A DNA stretch of 50,014 bases from Thecamonas trahens ATCC 50062. Lineage: Eukaryota > Protista > Apusomonadida. Location of the stretch: NCBI RefSeq assembly GCF_000142905.1, contig NW_013657633.1:257803-307816 (forward strand), given 5' to 3'. Below are positions 8,701-17,977 of this stretch, piece after piece (position 1 is the stretch's first letter; each line of letters opens with the position of its first letter). Position numbers and translations under genes: made by a program. The notes beneath the pieces were generated by a model. That model was given only the letters and a program-made list of their open reading frames with translations. It searched no databases and was not told the origin of the DNA.

Positions 8701-11359
8701 CGGGAAGGTCGTCAAAGACGAGCGCCGACCGCTGAGCGAGCGCGGGTGAGATCGTCTTGAGCGTCCCGCCCGAGACCCACTTGTGCATCAATGGATCGAG
8801 GACAAGACCCGAGTGGCTCTTGGCAGCCTCGGTCACAATGACGACGGGAAGATCTGGCGAGGTGAGAAGGAGACCTCGCAGAACGGCGTGAGTGGCCGGA
8901 TCGACAGCCCAGTACTTTTCGACCATAAAAACCAGGGCAGCGTTGTCGTTCTGGCGCGTCAAGTGCGAGACAAGCGTCCGCAGCGTGTTGACGAGGATCA
9001 TGACGACGCCGTTGGGCGTGGTCGACGACAGCCGCCCCGCTCCACCCCAAATCAAGTTGGTAGGAATCTTGGGCGACATCTTGTCCTTGCCAGGCATAGG
9101 AGACTGCCATGGTGGCGGTAGCGCCAAGGCACGGGCGAGAATCGACTTGCGCGACGAGCTCAGCGCCAGAGGACCAGCGATGAGATCCGATAGAACCTGC
9201 AAGCTGGTAGCTGGAAGCTGGGTGGCCAGAGCAAGCTCGCGGAGCTTGGTAATGGCGTAGGCAGCAGGGACCTGCGAGCGCGGGCAGAGCGGCGATGGCG
9301 CGAAAAAGCCGCGAAGCATGTCCGAGAGAATGTGGGGAAAGGTGGGGTACGCCACATACGCTTCGTCGATGGCGTCGATGTTGACGCGGGTGTGGAAGAA
9401 ATGCAGGTCGGCATCGTGCGAGAGCTGTCGCCGCATGTGAAGAAAGGTCTGGGCATGGGCGGCCTCGTCCTCGAGGTTGGGCGCGGTGCCTATGGTGAGC
9501 GCGACGGCGTGGTTTTCGCGCGCGCCGCGCAGCGCAAGCTCAATGTAAACCGAGGCCACCGACGACTCGAAGCCCGATGCCTCGGTCCAGAGCGCAGCCT
9601 GTTCCATGTGCGGCCCGGGCACTGAGGTCTGCTGGACTGCAGCAAAGGCGGCATCGGCAGCATCATACTCGGCAACGACGTAGGCGGCATAGCCGCCGTA
9701 CTCTGCAAGTCGGACAGGCGAGAGGAGCAGCGACTCGAGGCCCATGGCGTAGACATGCGGAGCGGTCCGACCAAGCGTTGCCCACGACAGCGACGTCGCC
9801 AATCGCTCGATGACACCGGTGTACCGCAGTGGAAGCGATGCGAGGGCAAGGCCAGCGGCAGCACCCAGTGAAGCACCAAAGATAGCTACTGCCAACGGGC
9901 TCATCAGGCTTGAGCTGAATTGCCAGGTCCAAAACGAAACAACAACCGCAAGCCAGACCGACGCAATGACGATGCGGGCGGCCGAGATTCGAGAAGCGTT
10001 GCGCGATGACGAGAGCATGATGAGCTCGCGGAGCACAACGGCGGAGAGGAGCATGGTGGCGGCAGCGGCAGTGAGGAAAATGATGACGGCGAGTGCGGGG
10101 AGGTGCGGAGCAGTGGCAGCGGCAACAACAGCGATCAGCTTGGAAGTCATGGCGACCGTGGCGCCAGGAATATGCCACCGCAGCGCAGCCTCGGATTCCA
10201 TCTGCAAAGCTGCAGTGGCTGAGTTGAGAGAGGTAAAGAAGGCGAGGACGACGAGGATAGCGGCCGGCAGAGTGAGCGCCATGTTGGAGAGAAGCGCAAG
10301 GAGGCAGGGCACAAGGAGTGGGCCCGAGAGAAGCTCGATCATGCCCGACGCCACCGTCCGCATCGTGGGGGAGATCGTGATGGCACCGCGGCCGATGCGA
10401 ATGGCAATGACGACGACAGCGACGGTGGCGATTGTCACGCCAATGCACGCGACAACTGCTTGGTGCCAATGCGTCCGCGCAGTGAGCACACCGAGCGAGA
10501 GCGCATTGACGGTGTGAAAGGTGCCCGGAGCAGAGGGCTCAGCGGCAAAGACAACCAAGGTGAGGGTAATGAACTGGATGAGCTCGGTGCACACAGAAGC
10601 CATAGTTAGGCAGGCAGCGATGCCAGGCGGGCGCGATGGCCTGTCGACAAGAGCGAGGATGGTGCCGAAAACGGCGCGATTGAGGCCAGGTGCGGCGGCA
10701 CGCGGCTGTCTCCGGCGTGGAAGCAGGTCGGACGTCTCGGCTAACATCGACGACGAAGTTGTAGAGACGGAGTTCAGGGTAAAGTTCTCGCTGGTGGTTG
10801 GCTGCAGGGTCGAGTGTACCGAGGTCGACCAGAGCGTGCCCATCATAGTCGATGAAGTGACAGTGCCGTTTGATGCCAATCCGACGCCCGAGCCAGCGGA
10901 CATGGCTGAGGCCGAGGGAAACATCGTTGGCCTGCGGGTGCGGCGTGGGCGCGAGGTGAGCGGCAGGGCCTTTTCAGTGGACGATGATGTTGATGACGGC
11001 GATGCCGTCGACGACGAGTCCGACGAGTACGAGGAGTACGTGGAGGCAGTCGTGGCGGTCGAGGCGGTCGAGGAGGTCGAGGCGGTCGAAGACGATGATG
11101 ACCGCGTCCGTGACGAGTGGCGTGAAGAGAGCTGCGGGGTCAAGGATGGTGACGACGATGACGAGGTCATCGACGATGACAGTACGGCTCTTGCAGGATG
11201 TGGGGAAAAGTCGGTGATGGTTGTGACTTGGGCGGTTGTGGCTGGGTCATCCTTGTCAAGAACAGGCAGAGTCGCGTTTTGACGCGAGATGTCCGGCAGA
11301 GCAAAGCTGACGCAAGGCCGCGTGCTCTCACCCTTGGCCTTGTTGCACTGGGAGGGCAT
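5711..11359 (-). CDS. Large multi-pass membrane protein with degenerate STAND/AAA-like module, TPR-like helices and C-terminal DEP domain
   Basis: 1882-aa ORF: Ser/Thr-rich N-terminus; several hydrophobic helices (about 10620-9830); LVFMVEKYWAVDPATHAVLRGL..PVVIVT resembles the Walker-B region of STAND ATPases; TPR-like AEAQHELGVTLVDIG and LLNARAWMLLQAGEWSKA; RRIRGQAIKAAFSGSQLMTWL..HASLLCERLRWLGLIVPV..FE..LYR matches the DEP pattern. Exact start uncertain. Confidence 0.8.
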   Translation of the reverse strand: MPSQCNKAKGESTRPCVSFALPDISRQNATLPVLDKDDPATTAQVTTITDFSPHPARAVLSSSMTSSSSSPSLTPQLSSRHSSRTRSSSSSTASTSSTASTATTASTYSSYSSDSSSTASPSSTSSSTEKALPLTSRPRRTRRPTMFPSASAMSAGSGVGLASNGTVTSSTMMGTLWSTSVHSTLQPTTSENFTLNSVSTTSSSMLAETSDLLPRRRQPRAAAPGLNRAVFGTILALVDRPSRPPGIAACLTMASVCTELIQFITLTLVVFAAEPSAPGTFHTVNALSLGVLTARTHWHQAVVACIGVTIATVAVVVIAIRIGRGAITISPTMRTVASGMIELLSGPLLVPCLLALLSNMALTLPAAILVVLAFFTSLNSATAALQMESEAALRWHIPGATVAMTSKLIAVVAAATAPHLPALAVIIFLTAAAATMLLSAVVLRELIMLSSSRNASRISAARIVIASVWLAVVVSFWTWQFSSSLMSPLAVAIFGASLGAAAGLALASLPLRYTGVIERLATSLSWATLGRTAPHVYAMGLESLLLSPVRLAEYGGYAAYVVAEYDAADAAFAAVQQTSVPGPHMEQAALWTEASGFESSVASVYIELALRGARENHAVALTIGTAPNLEDEAAHAQTFLHMRRQLSHDADLHFFHTRVNIDAIDEAYVAYPTFPHILSDMLRGFFAPSPLCPRSQVPAAYAITKLRELALATQLPATSLQVLSDLIAGPLALSSSRKSILARALALPPPWQSPMPGKDKMSPKIPTNLIWGGAGRLSSTTPNGVVMILVNTLRTLVSHLTRQNDNAALVFMVEKYWAVDPATHAVLRGLLLTSPDLPVVIVTEAAKSHSGLVLDPLMHKWVSGGTLKTISPALAQRSALVFDDLPAVAQYDAIRLMTAPHRPTVSFAGMAMDVSVLNSSRAVPCTVCMATHHHRMARDGCATVPVSERADAELDASIARLEVQRQTNLPSTGLCLLGFDFANCNSPGLDITAASGHRFAQPSHVPSSACLPPHPYVARPAPYVVNATGSGPKGGRSNRKVAPKPMSKQPISSGSSANLQVNILGNIGQDSSIWNDSAVSDWHESENLGGKLDTSSGPNSSVHILLGMRALRHCSSDDCVQELRLMMFGRVLDDLTLSGSAHLHLPLVALIEFAAVIGRAGSLTLLKDAYMRAQSDPSLASPQLVLAFANSELCSVTELYGLAQVHDVLKTITDPLSGKESFQFVRAAERHAILATLPVGDAEFYAFHVGRTLAASDHPVDSHPASFLPFARRAGDMHLIVKGCVSLIVDQQLELPLADYRQVLGAIARSDARRELHRDGPNAELPPVETRLIKRLFTPGEELGHMAPDTTVISDRLPPSEVTRVGAEARWSLLMAYARAVLNAALVRDQTTASHIGMQRVGSTRGEVLSDICVLLSKHLAEGHGNDLEVWALKTNMAVARGDLRTARDMVVKGALAATCEGGPSQGQQLAGEAAISMATGRLLLTRARPKAAVGWFVKALSASRKGCNATAAAEAQHELGVTLVDIGLVARAKRQFAWIDSSTPWSAVLQVKTVRLLNARAWMLLQAGEWSKAHVLCLQIYSSGKSSPGSLAALRTMAIMALLSNDVNAFDQILSSIMMEGDETVILAEGFLLMAMAAFRDVLLTRPELVAIDPASVPRVKTLAFKAMAGFSDKMSRLECAAKLMADVHAMSASSMALDGVAALPMVMQIGIKAVTLIASWLKLDLANDDVTGSDMLQDEHEFTVSMLGEASIGYVVDWVDTDGGLSRANMMAATAALPSPHVPTFGEWDLVKCCELAVAAGKNLAQTRRIRGQAIKAAFSGSQLMTWLSDNHVVSDSSHASLLCERLRWLGLIVPVTTGLGVVERFETALPSQLYRVCVT

Positions 11360-11800
11360 TCCTGCAAACCTGTAGATGAGGTGTGGTGTGGAGTGAGGTT
11401 TGGGTGCGCGTCTGATTTGACGTGCGGGCGCAGGCCAAAAAATACTCCCGGTCGGATGTCGATCGTGACACGCAAACGTTGCAAGATACCGACAGTGTCA
11501 ACAATACGCCGCACCGCCTTGCTGACGATACTGGCCAAGTTGGGTAATCGGGAGAACGGTATGAGGGCAAAAGGGGAAGAGGAGAGGCGGCGGGAGGTTA
11601 ATGGTAGCCAGGGTAGGCTTGCCGGTGGTACCGTGGGAGTTGTGAAGAGTTCTTGGGGTTGATAACCAGGATGGGTCGGCTGGGTAATTGGTTACGCACG
11701 GTGTATCGCAGCTTGAGTTCGAAGGAAGGCTTGCACAAAGGAGGGGAGCAGGAGAAGAATTTGCCACGTACAGGTAAGGCACGTTTAGGCTTGGCTGAGC

Positions 11801-12433
11801 TCAAGACAGGCAGCGTGTTCTGGGGATGTCGCCCAAGCTTTCCCACGAGTTGCGCTGACGAGGCGAGTGAGGCGAGAGGGATGTGCGACATTTGGACTGG
11901 CTTGGCTGTGACAGCAGGGATTCAACTTGAACTTTTGGGATAGATATTCGTAAGTTGGCTCGTTCTCGCGACTCGCTTGCAACCGAAATGCGGCTTAATG
12001 ACCATTGATGCGGAGAAAGGATGATGCCATACGTGTGTAGTGTTTTAGTGAGGCCAAGTGCAGCTAGCGGCAAGGTATGCAGCGCCTGCATCTGTCTGGA
12101 TGTCTTGACTGCCACGGGGTTGCGGCAAGCTCGCGCTACCTTTCCTATGGTCGTGACAGTTAAGGTGTGTTGGATAAGTTGACTCACAGCTGCCTTGTCG
12201 TCTAATTGAGATATATTCGCCGCTGCGAGGTAGAGCGGATGTTGAGCCATCCGAAACAGACCACCCCTACTCGCAGCGAGCTCAACCATGTAGTCGCTGG
12301 GTGTTGGTGGTGGGCTGTTTCCCATCAGCTCAAGGTGTGATGCTGGGATACAATCTACGGGGTGAGAGGCGACCGACCTGTCGGTCACAGAGGGTTCAGT
12401 CCGTCCCAGATCCGAGCGACGATCTGGGCCCAC
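11801..12433 (-). CDS. Hypothetical ORF in a less GC-rich segment (may be non-coding or degenerate)
   Basis: 210-codon open frame without the strong C/G third-position bias of neighbouring genes; no recognisable domain. Confidence 0.25.
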   Translation of the reverse strand: MGPDRRSDLGRTEPSVTDRSVASHPVDCIPASHLELMGNSPPPTPSDYMVELAASRGGLFRMAQHPLYLAAANISQLDDKAAVSQLIQHTLTVTTIGKVARACRNPVAVKTSRQMQALHTLPLAALGLTKTLHTYGIILSPHQWSLSRISVASESRERANLRISIPKVQVESLLSQPSQSKCRTSLSPHSPRQRNSWESLGDIPRTRCLS

Positions 12434-12765
12434 CCGCGTATGTACGTAGATCAGACCAACATCTCCCCACTATGGGTATCCATTGTAGCCATGATGGTGC
12501 TGATGACAAGTGCAAAGGCAGGGCATGGCAGAGCATGTTTTGCTGTGAGAAAAATAGTCCCCGCTACTGGGGGCGGCAGTGCGTGAATGAGTCATGATGA
12601 CGGCAGTGACGACTTGAGTAGCCTGAGCTCTGAAGGGGGGACGAAGCGTAAGCATTCTGCAAGCTGAGAGCCACACCTCACTCTGTCACACACACGTACT
12701 ATACTCAAAGTTGTTTTTGTTTGCACTACCTACTTTCCAACCTACAAAACCGTCTCGCTTCATCC

Positions 12766-13575
12766 ATGCATCGTCGTCTGTTTACCTCGCTGGCTCACCG
12801 GGCTCCGGCGGCTGCTCAGTCTTCCGCCGCTGCTCACATTGTGGTACGTTGTCACATGCCTTGCTCATGATCATAGGTCATGGATAATGGTCTTGGCCAT
12901 GGATAGTGATTATGGCCATAGCTGTGGTCATGGTCGTGGTCATGGTCATGGTTGTGGTCATGACCATGATTGTCAGCATCATCATCGTGATCAGGCTTTG
13001 GTCGCGGCTGTCCACTCGGGGGGGGGGGGGGGGGGGGGGGGGCACGGCGGTGGTAGTCATGGCCTTGACCATGATTTGGGTCATGATAGTCTTGATTGCT
13101 GCGACTGTGGCCATCTTGGTCCTGGGCGTGCGATGCGCGTGACCTGAGGCTGTGTGGCTGGCGAGCATGACGCGTCGATGTGGACGACGAGACGGCGCAG
13201 GTGTGCCTCGTGGACATGACGTGGAGGGCGGGAAGACAGGGAGGCGCAGGGAGGCAGGGACTCATGATCGGATAGCGCGGAGCTAAGGAGTATGGGGCGA
13301 TTGGACAGATGCCCGGGCTTGTGGTAGGGTTTGCACTGGGGATGGGGACGGCGTACGCGATGCAGTCTGCGCAGCTGGAGACGGTGCAGGCGCAGCTTGA
13401 CAAGGAGCAGGACAAGACGATGCTGAAGCCTGTTGCGCTGCCTGAGCTTCCGCCGGGTGCAGGAGCGCCGCCGCCGCCGCCGCCGCCGCCACCGATCTCG
13501 ATTCTTGACAGCGACTCGCCGCCGATCGAGGTGCCGACGAGCTCGCCGCCGGGGGGCATCCAGCCTAGCGCGTAG
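12766..13575 (+). CDS. Small spliced single-TM protein with mitochondrial-presequence-like N-terminus; exons 12766-12843 and 13309-13575, 114 aa
   Basis: Exon 1 MHRRLFTSLAHRAPAAAQSSAAAHIV (Arg/Ser/Ala-rich, no acidic residues) ends at GTACGT. Phase-0 join to MPGLVVGFALGMGTAYAM (hydrophobic), a short coiled coil and a poly-Pro tail. Confidence 0.7.
12844..13308 (+). other. Spliceosomal intron (465 nt, GTACGT...GCTAAG...GGACAG) filled with CATGGT/CATGAT hexamer repeats and poly-G
   Basis: Consensus donor, branch-like CTAAG about 22 nt before the CAG acceptor, in-frame join. Confidence 0.7.
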
Positions 13576-16285
13576 CCGGGGAAGAGCACTGGTAGGCGCG
13601 GTGGTAGGGCCAGTGGCGGCTCTGGCATGCGGTTGAGCAGTAGTAGGCGTTGAGGCAGGCGCCGCAAGTTTGCGGCTCGAGGAGGACGACGCCACAGACG
13701 GCGCACTGCGGAAGGTGGATGCCGATGGCCTGAGTGGCGGCTGTGGTGAGGAGCTTGCCGACGGGCGAGGCGCGCATGGCGTGGCGCGGTGGCGGGAAGA
13801 GGGCACCGGGGCCGCTGCCCGAGGCGATGGAGGCGAGAGCGAGCTCGTCGCTGCGCGAGGCGGCGTTGTAGCGCTTGCGGCCCTTGGCACGCTTGCGCTG
13901 GCGCGTTTGGGCGGTGGTGTTGTGGCTCTCGGTGTGAGCGGCGCAGGCGCCGTGGGCGGCGCGGGCGTCGGCGACGAGGCTCGCGGGCGCGCCGCCAAAG
14001 TAGACCGCCAGTTTGGCGTCCGAGTAGAGCGAGAGATTGACGTCCCAGAGCGAGGAGATAAAGTAGCCCATGGCGTGGCCGATGCCTGCGCGGAGGGCGA
14101 GCATGTCTTCGGGCGCGAGAGTGGCTTCGATGTCCGGACCGATGGAGCCGTCGGGTGCAGAGAAGAGCGGGCGGGCGCGGCCCGGGGCGAGCGGGTGGGC
14201 GGCCGAGTCAATGGCACCGACGCGGGACTCGAGGCCAAAGACGGCCGACCACCGCGGGTGGGCCGATGACACAAACGGCGAGGCGACGAGCGCGGCGAGG
14301 CTGCCTGAGTCGAGGACGGCGATGCGGACAAACTCACCGAGCTGGACAACATCGCGGACGTGCGCAGACCACGAGGGTAAGCCGGGCGGGTCAAAGGCCG
14401 AGCCAAAGTGCATGTCGACCAGCTCAAAGACGCCTTTGCCTGCAACGGTAGCGAGGGCCGAGGCCGACGACGCGCCGACCACAAACGGGCGCGACCAGCG
14501 GAAGCGAGCCCAGGCGGCGACCTCGGGCTCGTTGGCGATCTTGAACCAGGAGGAGAGCGGCGAGGAGGCGAGGAGTTCGGCGCGATGGAGGTCAAAGGCC
14601 GAGACGGTGCCTGGCGGTGGGTTCGGGTCGGAGCTCGCCATGGCTGGCTGCATCGGGTGGACAAAGATGGTCTCGATGCCGACACCGTTGGCGCAGGGGC
14701 GGACAAAGTTGTCATGAATGACCAGGCCGCCGAGGGCGAGGCCTGAGTGCGGCTCAAAAGCGAGGTCGACGAGGTAGACCTTGGGGGTGTCGGCGTCCTC
14801 GGGCGCGGCCTCGGGGAACATGCTCGGCCGCCAGAGGCGGGTCTCGATGAGCGGCGCCTTGAGAGGACCGAGGTGGACGCTCGCGCCTGCGGTCCGCGGG
14901 TGGACCTGCCACAGGACGTACTGGCCCGAACCGTCTTCGCCCCAGGTGGCGTAGTCAGCGGTGCCGGCGTCGGGCCCGGCAGCGTTGACGGCGATGCGGG
15001 TGGCGCGGAAGACGCCACCAGTGGCGTCGTGGGCCGGGCCAAAGGTGGCCAGCGGGCCGGCGAGGCCGAGCTGCCGTGCCGCGAGCGAGGTCGGAAGCCC
15101 GGCGTGGGCGAGCGAGTAGACAAGGAGCGTGCCCGGCGCGGCCCGCGGGAGCAGCGTCAGGTGGCGCGAGTCGGGCGAAAAGGCGGCATCGAAAAACGGT
15201 GCCGCAAGCTCTGAGACCACGTGCCGGAGCTGTGGCGCGTTGCCAGGCACCAGCTCGTAGACCGAAAAGGCGAGGGCGAGCGGTGAGCTTGTCCGCGGCA
15301 GCGAGGCCTTGCGCGACGACGACTCGCCTTCGACATCGTTGTCGGTGGCGACAGCCTCGGGCGGCGATGAGGCCGAGCGCGAGCGGGCCGCCGCGGTCGG
15401 GTCCTTTTGTGGCGTTGTCGGCGCTGAGCCGCCGTTGGAACGTGCTGCTGCCGTGCTCAACGGTGACGGCGCGTCTGGCGGCGGGGCGCCAAAGACCAGC
15501 AGCAGCTTGCGGTCTGGTGAGAGCGAGAGACGCGGGTAGACGCCGTCAGGCACGGCCGGCAGCGAGGCAATAGTGTACAGGTCGTGATGCGAGTCCAGGC
15601 CAGCAAGCGGGAGGTAGTGCACGGCATACTCCTCGGCCTCTGACTCCCATCGAGATGGGGAAGCAGCGGCGGATGCATCACGTGCCGAAGCCGGATCGGC
15701 AGGAGAAGCTGGCGAGTTGGAAGCAGCAGAAGGGGCAGGAGCTGATGCGAGCGTAGATCCAGGCAAGCTCGGCACGTTGTACTTGTCGCTCGAGGCAGTG
15801 ATGGCACCGTAAGCCATCGGATCAACCATCCAAGCAGGAAGACCATCGACCAGAACCGAACGAGGTGAAGACGAGCCACTGCTCTCATTCACCGACTTGG
15901 TCGACGTGGCCGACTTGTCCGGCTTGGCCGACTTGGCCGACTTGGCCGACTTGGCCGACTTGGCCGACTTGGCTGCGTTCGACTTGCCCTTGCCCTTGTT
16001 CTTGCCCTTGCCCTTGTCATGGGCATGATGTGACTTTGACTGTGATTGGTGTTGGTGTTGGTGTTGTGTGTGGTCCACACCCATGTCCATACCGGTGGTG
16101 GCGTTGGAGGTGTTGGTGTTGGTGGTGGTGGTGGTGGTGGGAGGAGGAGGAGGGCGAGCAAGCGGAGCGTCCAGCGGAGCAAGGAGAACGTCCCCATTAG
16201 CAAAGATGGTAAGAATAGCACCAGCAGAGTTACTCCCCCATTGGGGAAGGTGTTCGTGGAGGAGTACTTCCCCTCGTTCGCTCAT
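13565..16285 (-). CDS. MYND zinc-finger protein with possible beta-propeller-like N-terminal region
   Basis: C-terminal CAVC..CGACLNAYYCSTACQSRHWPYHRAYQC is a zf-MYND. LSLSPDRKLLLVFG and AAFSPDSRHLTLL resemble propeller blades. First ATG at 16285 (the ORF track starts at a TTG); extra 5' exons cannot be excluded. Confidence 0.8.
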   Translation of the reverse strand: MSERGEVLLHEHLPQWGSNSAGAILTIFANGDVLLAPLDAPLARPPPPPTTTTTTNTNTSNATTGMDMGVDHTQHQHQHQSQSKSHHAHDKGKGKNKGKGKSNAAKSAKSAKSAKSAKSAKPDKSATSTKSVNESSGSSSPRSVLVDGLPAWMVDPMAYGAITASSDKYNVPSLPGSTLASAPAPSAASNSPASPADPASARDASAAASPSRWESEAEEYAVHYLPLAGLDSHHDLYTIASLPAVPDGVYPRLSLSPDRKLLLVFGAPPPDAPSPLSTAAARSNGGSAPTTPQKDPTAAARSRSASSPPEAVATDNDVEGESSSRKASLPRTSSPLALAFSVYELVPGNAPQLRHVVSELAAPFFDAAFSPDSRHLTLLPRAAPGTLLVYSLAHAGLPTSLAARQLGLAGPLATFGPAHDATGGVFRATRIAVNAAGPDAGTADYATWGEDGSGQYVLWQVHPRTAGASVHLGPLKAPLIETRLWRPSMFPEAAPEDADTPKVYLVDLAFEPHSGLALGGLVIHDNFVRPCANGVGIETIFVHPMQPAMASSDPNPPPGTVSAFDLHRAELLASSPLSSWFKIANEPEVAAWARFRWSRPFVVGASSASALATVAGKGVFELVDMHFGSAFDPPGLPSWSAHVRDVVQLGEFVRIAVLDSGSLAALVASPFVSSAHPRWSAVFGLESRVGAIDSAAHPLAPGRARPLFSAPDGSIGPDIEATLAPEDMLALRAGIGHAMGYFISSLWDVNLSLYSDAKLAVYFGGAPASLVADARAAHGACAAHTESHNTTAQTRQRKRAKGRKRYNAASRSDELALASIASGSGPGALFPPPRHAMRASPVGKLLTTAATQAIGIHLPQCAVCGVVLLEPQTCGACLNAYYCSTACQSRHWPYHRAYQCSSPATR
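15923..15973. repeat. 9-bp tandem repeat (CTTGGCCGA)n encoding (AKS)n in the MYND gene
   Basis: About 5.5 perfect copies visible; in-frame length. Confidence 0.9.
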
Positions 16286-16320
16286 ACTCCCCTTTTTTTC
16301 CTCTCTGCACAAGGTGGTAG

Positions 16321-16625
16321 TTGAGTGTGGGTGAGGTGAAGGGGTGGGAGAGGAGGTGGAGGAGGTGGAGGAGGGAGGGAGGGGGGGTGGGGTGGCTGGG
16401 ATCGATTTGGTTTTTTGGGGGGAGTGATGGGGATGGGGGAGACGGGGATGGGTGTGGGGATGGGTGTGGGGATGGTGGGAGATGGGGATGGGTGTGGGGA
16501 TGGTGGGAGATGGGGATGGGGGGGGGGGTGGATGGGGGTGATGGGGGTGATGGGGTGATGGGGGTGATGGGGGTGATGGGGGTGATGGGGATATAGTGGA
16601 TGGGTAGGGAGAAGGGTGAGGGTAT
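16321..16625. repeat. G-rich low-complexity array (GGGGATG / GGGGGTGAT units), G-quadruplex-prone, in a divergent intergenic region
   Basis: Repeated G3-G5 runs with short spacers. Confidence 0.85.
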
Positions 16626-16797
16626 GGATGGCTATAAGGGTGTGCCAGGGGCTTCGATTGGCTTGGGATGGGCTCCGTGGTGATGGCGGTGAGGGGACAC
16701 AGTCAGCGACCACTTGACGGCGCTTTGGAGAGTGGCCAGTCCGTGGCCCGTCTCACCATTCACATCTCTCTCTTGCTCTCCAAGTAGTGCATCCTAC

Positions 16798-16892
16798 GTG
16801 TGTGTGTGTGTGTGTCGGCGTCTGTGTGTGTATCGGTTTCTGTCTGTGTTTCTGCTTCTGCTGCTACTGCTGCTGCTGCTGCTGCTGCTGCT
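16798..16892. repeat. (GT)n and (CTG)n microsatellites
   Basis: Directly visible. Confidence 0.9.
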
Positions 16893-16969
16893 GGGTGGTT
16901 TCTCCACGGGTGGGCGGAGCCAACGGTTGACAACGTAGACAACGTCGACAACGGCGCGGCATTGGCGCC

Positions 16970-17977
16970 ATGGCGAGCAGTCATACGGCGGCTGATGGGC
17001 GATGGGATGGACGCGGTGGTGGCGATGGACAATGGAGTGGTGATGGGGGCGGTGTTGGTGGCGATGGTGGTGGTGGTAACAAGGTCGACGAGGTCGATGC
17101 CGGGCTTGAACGAGGTGATGACCCGCAGGCAGGCGCCGAAGAGGAGGAGCCTGTGACGCCACCACCACCGGCGTATGAGCGACCGGCGCTTGCGCTGCCA
17201 CATTCAACATGGGTCGAGCTGAGACTGAGGCTGGTCTTCCCGCAGGGCATTGTGTGGACCAAGCGGGTGAATCTGGCGGCGACAGTGGCGGAGATCAAGC
17301 GGTTCCTGGTGCGGAAGCACGGCAACTCGGTCCGGAACATCGCGCTGTACAACGGCGAGCGGGCACCAGAGAACGAGCTTTGCGACGATGCGGCATCACT
17401 GTATGGTGCTGGCGTTGCGGTATCGTCGGCGGTGGGCGCCCGCAACAACGCGACCGTCGACGCGCCGGCTGCCGACAAGCTCGCTGTCTTTGCCGCCTAC
17501 GAGACAGCAGTGGCAGAGGCTGTGGCGTTCTCGGGCAAGACCGGCAAGAAGGGCCGCCGAAAGGGCAAGCGGGGCAAGAAAAAAGGCGCTGCCAAGGGCG
17601 CTGCCTCGCCAGCAAGCATGGCATCGCCCGACCCGGTTCAGCTCACGCACCGCCTACCGACTGCCCCATCGCCCGGTGACGCGCTGCCAGCGGTGGACCT
17701 CTGGTACGACTTTGACATTCCGCGCCAGCACTGTGCGCTTGTGCGGCGGCCTCCGGATCTCTCGGTGTATAATCTGGCGTCTGCAGCGCAGAAACCCGTC
17801 GAATCCGCCGCAGCCCGCTCCTCGCTCCTGGGCAGCACCCGATCGCGCCTCCTCCGCCCGCGATCCGGCCCCATGACAGCCGAGACCGGCCCAAAGGCTA
17901 TCGGGACCGATCCCAAGGTAGCCGGCTCCGGCTCCAGAACAGCCGGGAGCAGAGGCTCGCCGCTTCTCACTTCATAG
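16970..17977 (+). CDS. Ubiquitin-like (beta-grasp) domain protein with Lys-rich insert
   Basis: 335-aa ORF. VELRLRLV..WTKRVNLAATVAEIKRFLVRKHG..RNIALYNGE..ELCDDAASLYGAGV follows the UBL pattern; likely last strand VDLWYDF comes after a KKGRRKGKRGKKK insert. Confidence 0.65.
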   Translation: MASSHTAADGRWDGRGGGDGQWSGDGGGVGGDGGGGNKVDEVDAGLERGDDPQAGAEEEEPVTPPPPAYERPALALPHSTWVELRLRLVFPQGIVWTKRVNLAATVAEIKRFLVRKHGNSVRNIALYNGERAPENELCDDAASLYGAGVAVSSAVGARNNATVDAPAADKLAVFAAYETAVAEAVAFSGKTGKKGRRKGKRGKKKGAAKGAASPASMASPDPVQLTHRLPTAPSPGDALPAVDLWYDFDIPRQHCALVRRPPDLSVYNLASAAQKPVESAAARSSLLGSTRSRLLRPRSGPMTAETGPKAIGTDPKVAGSGSRTAGSRGSPLLTS

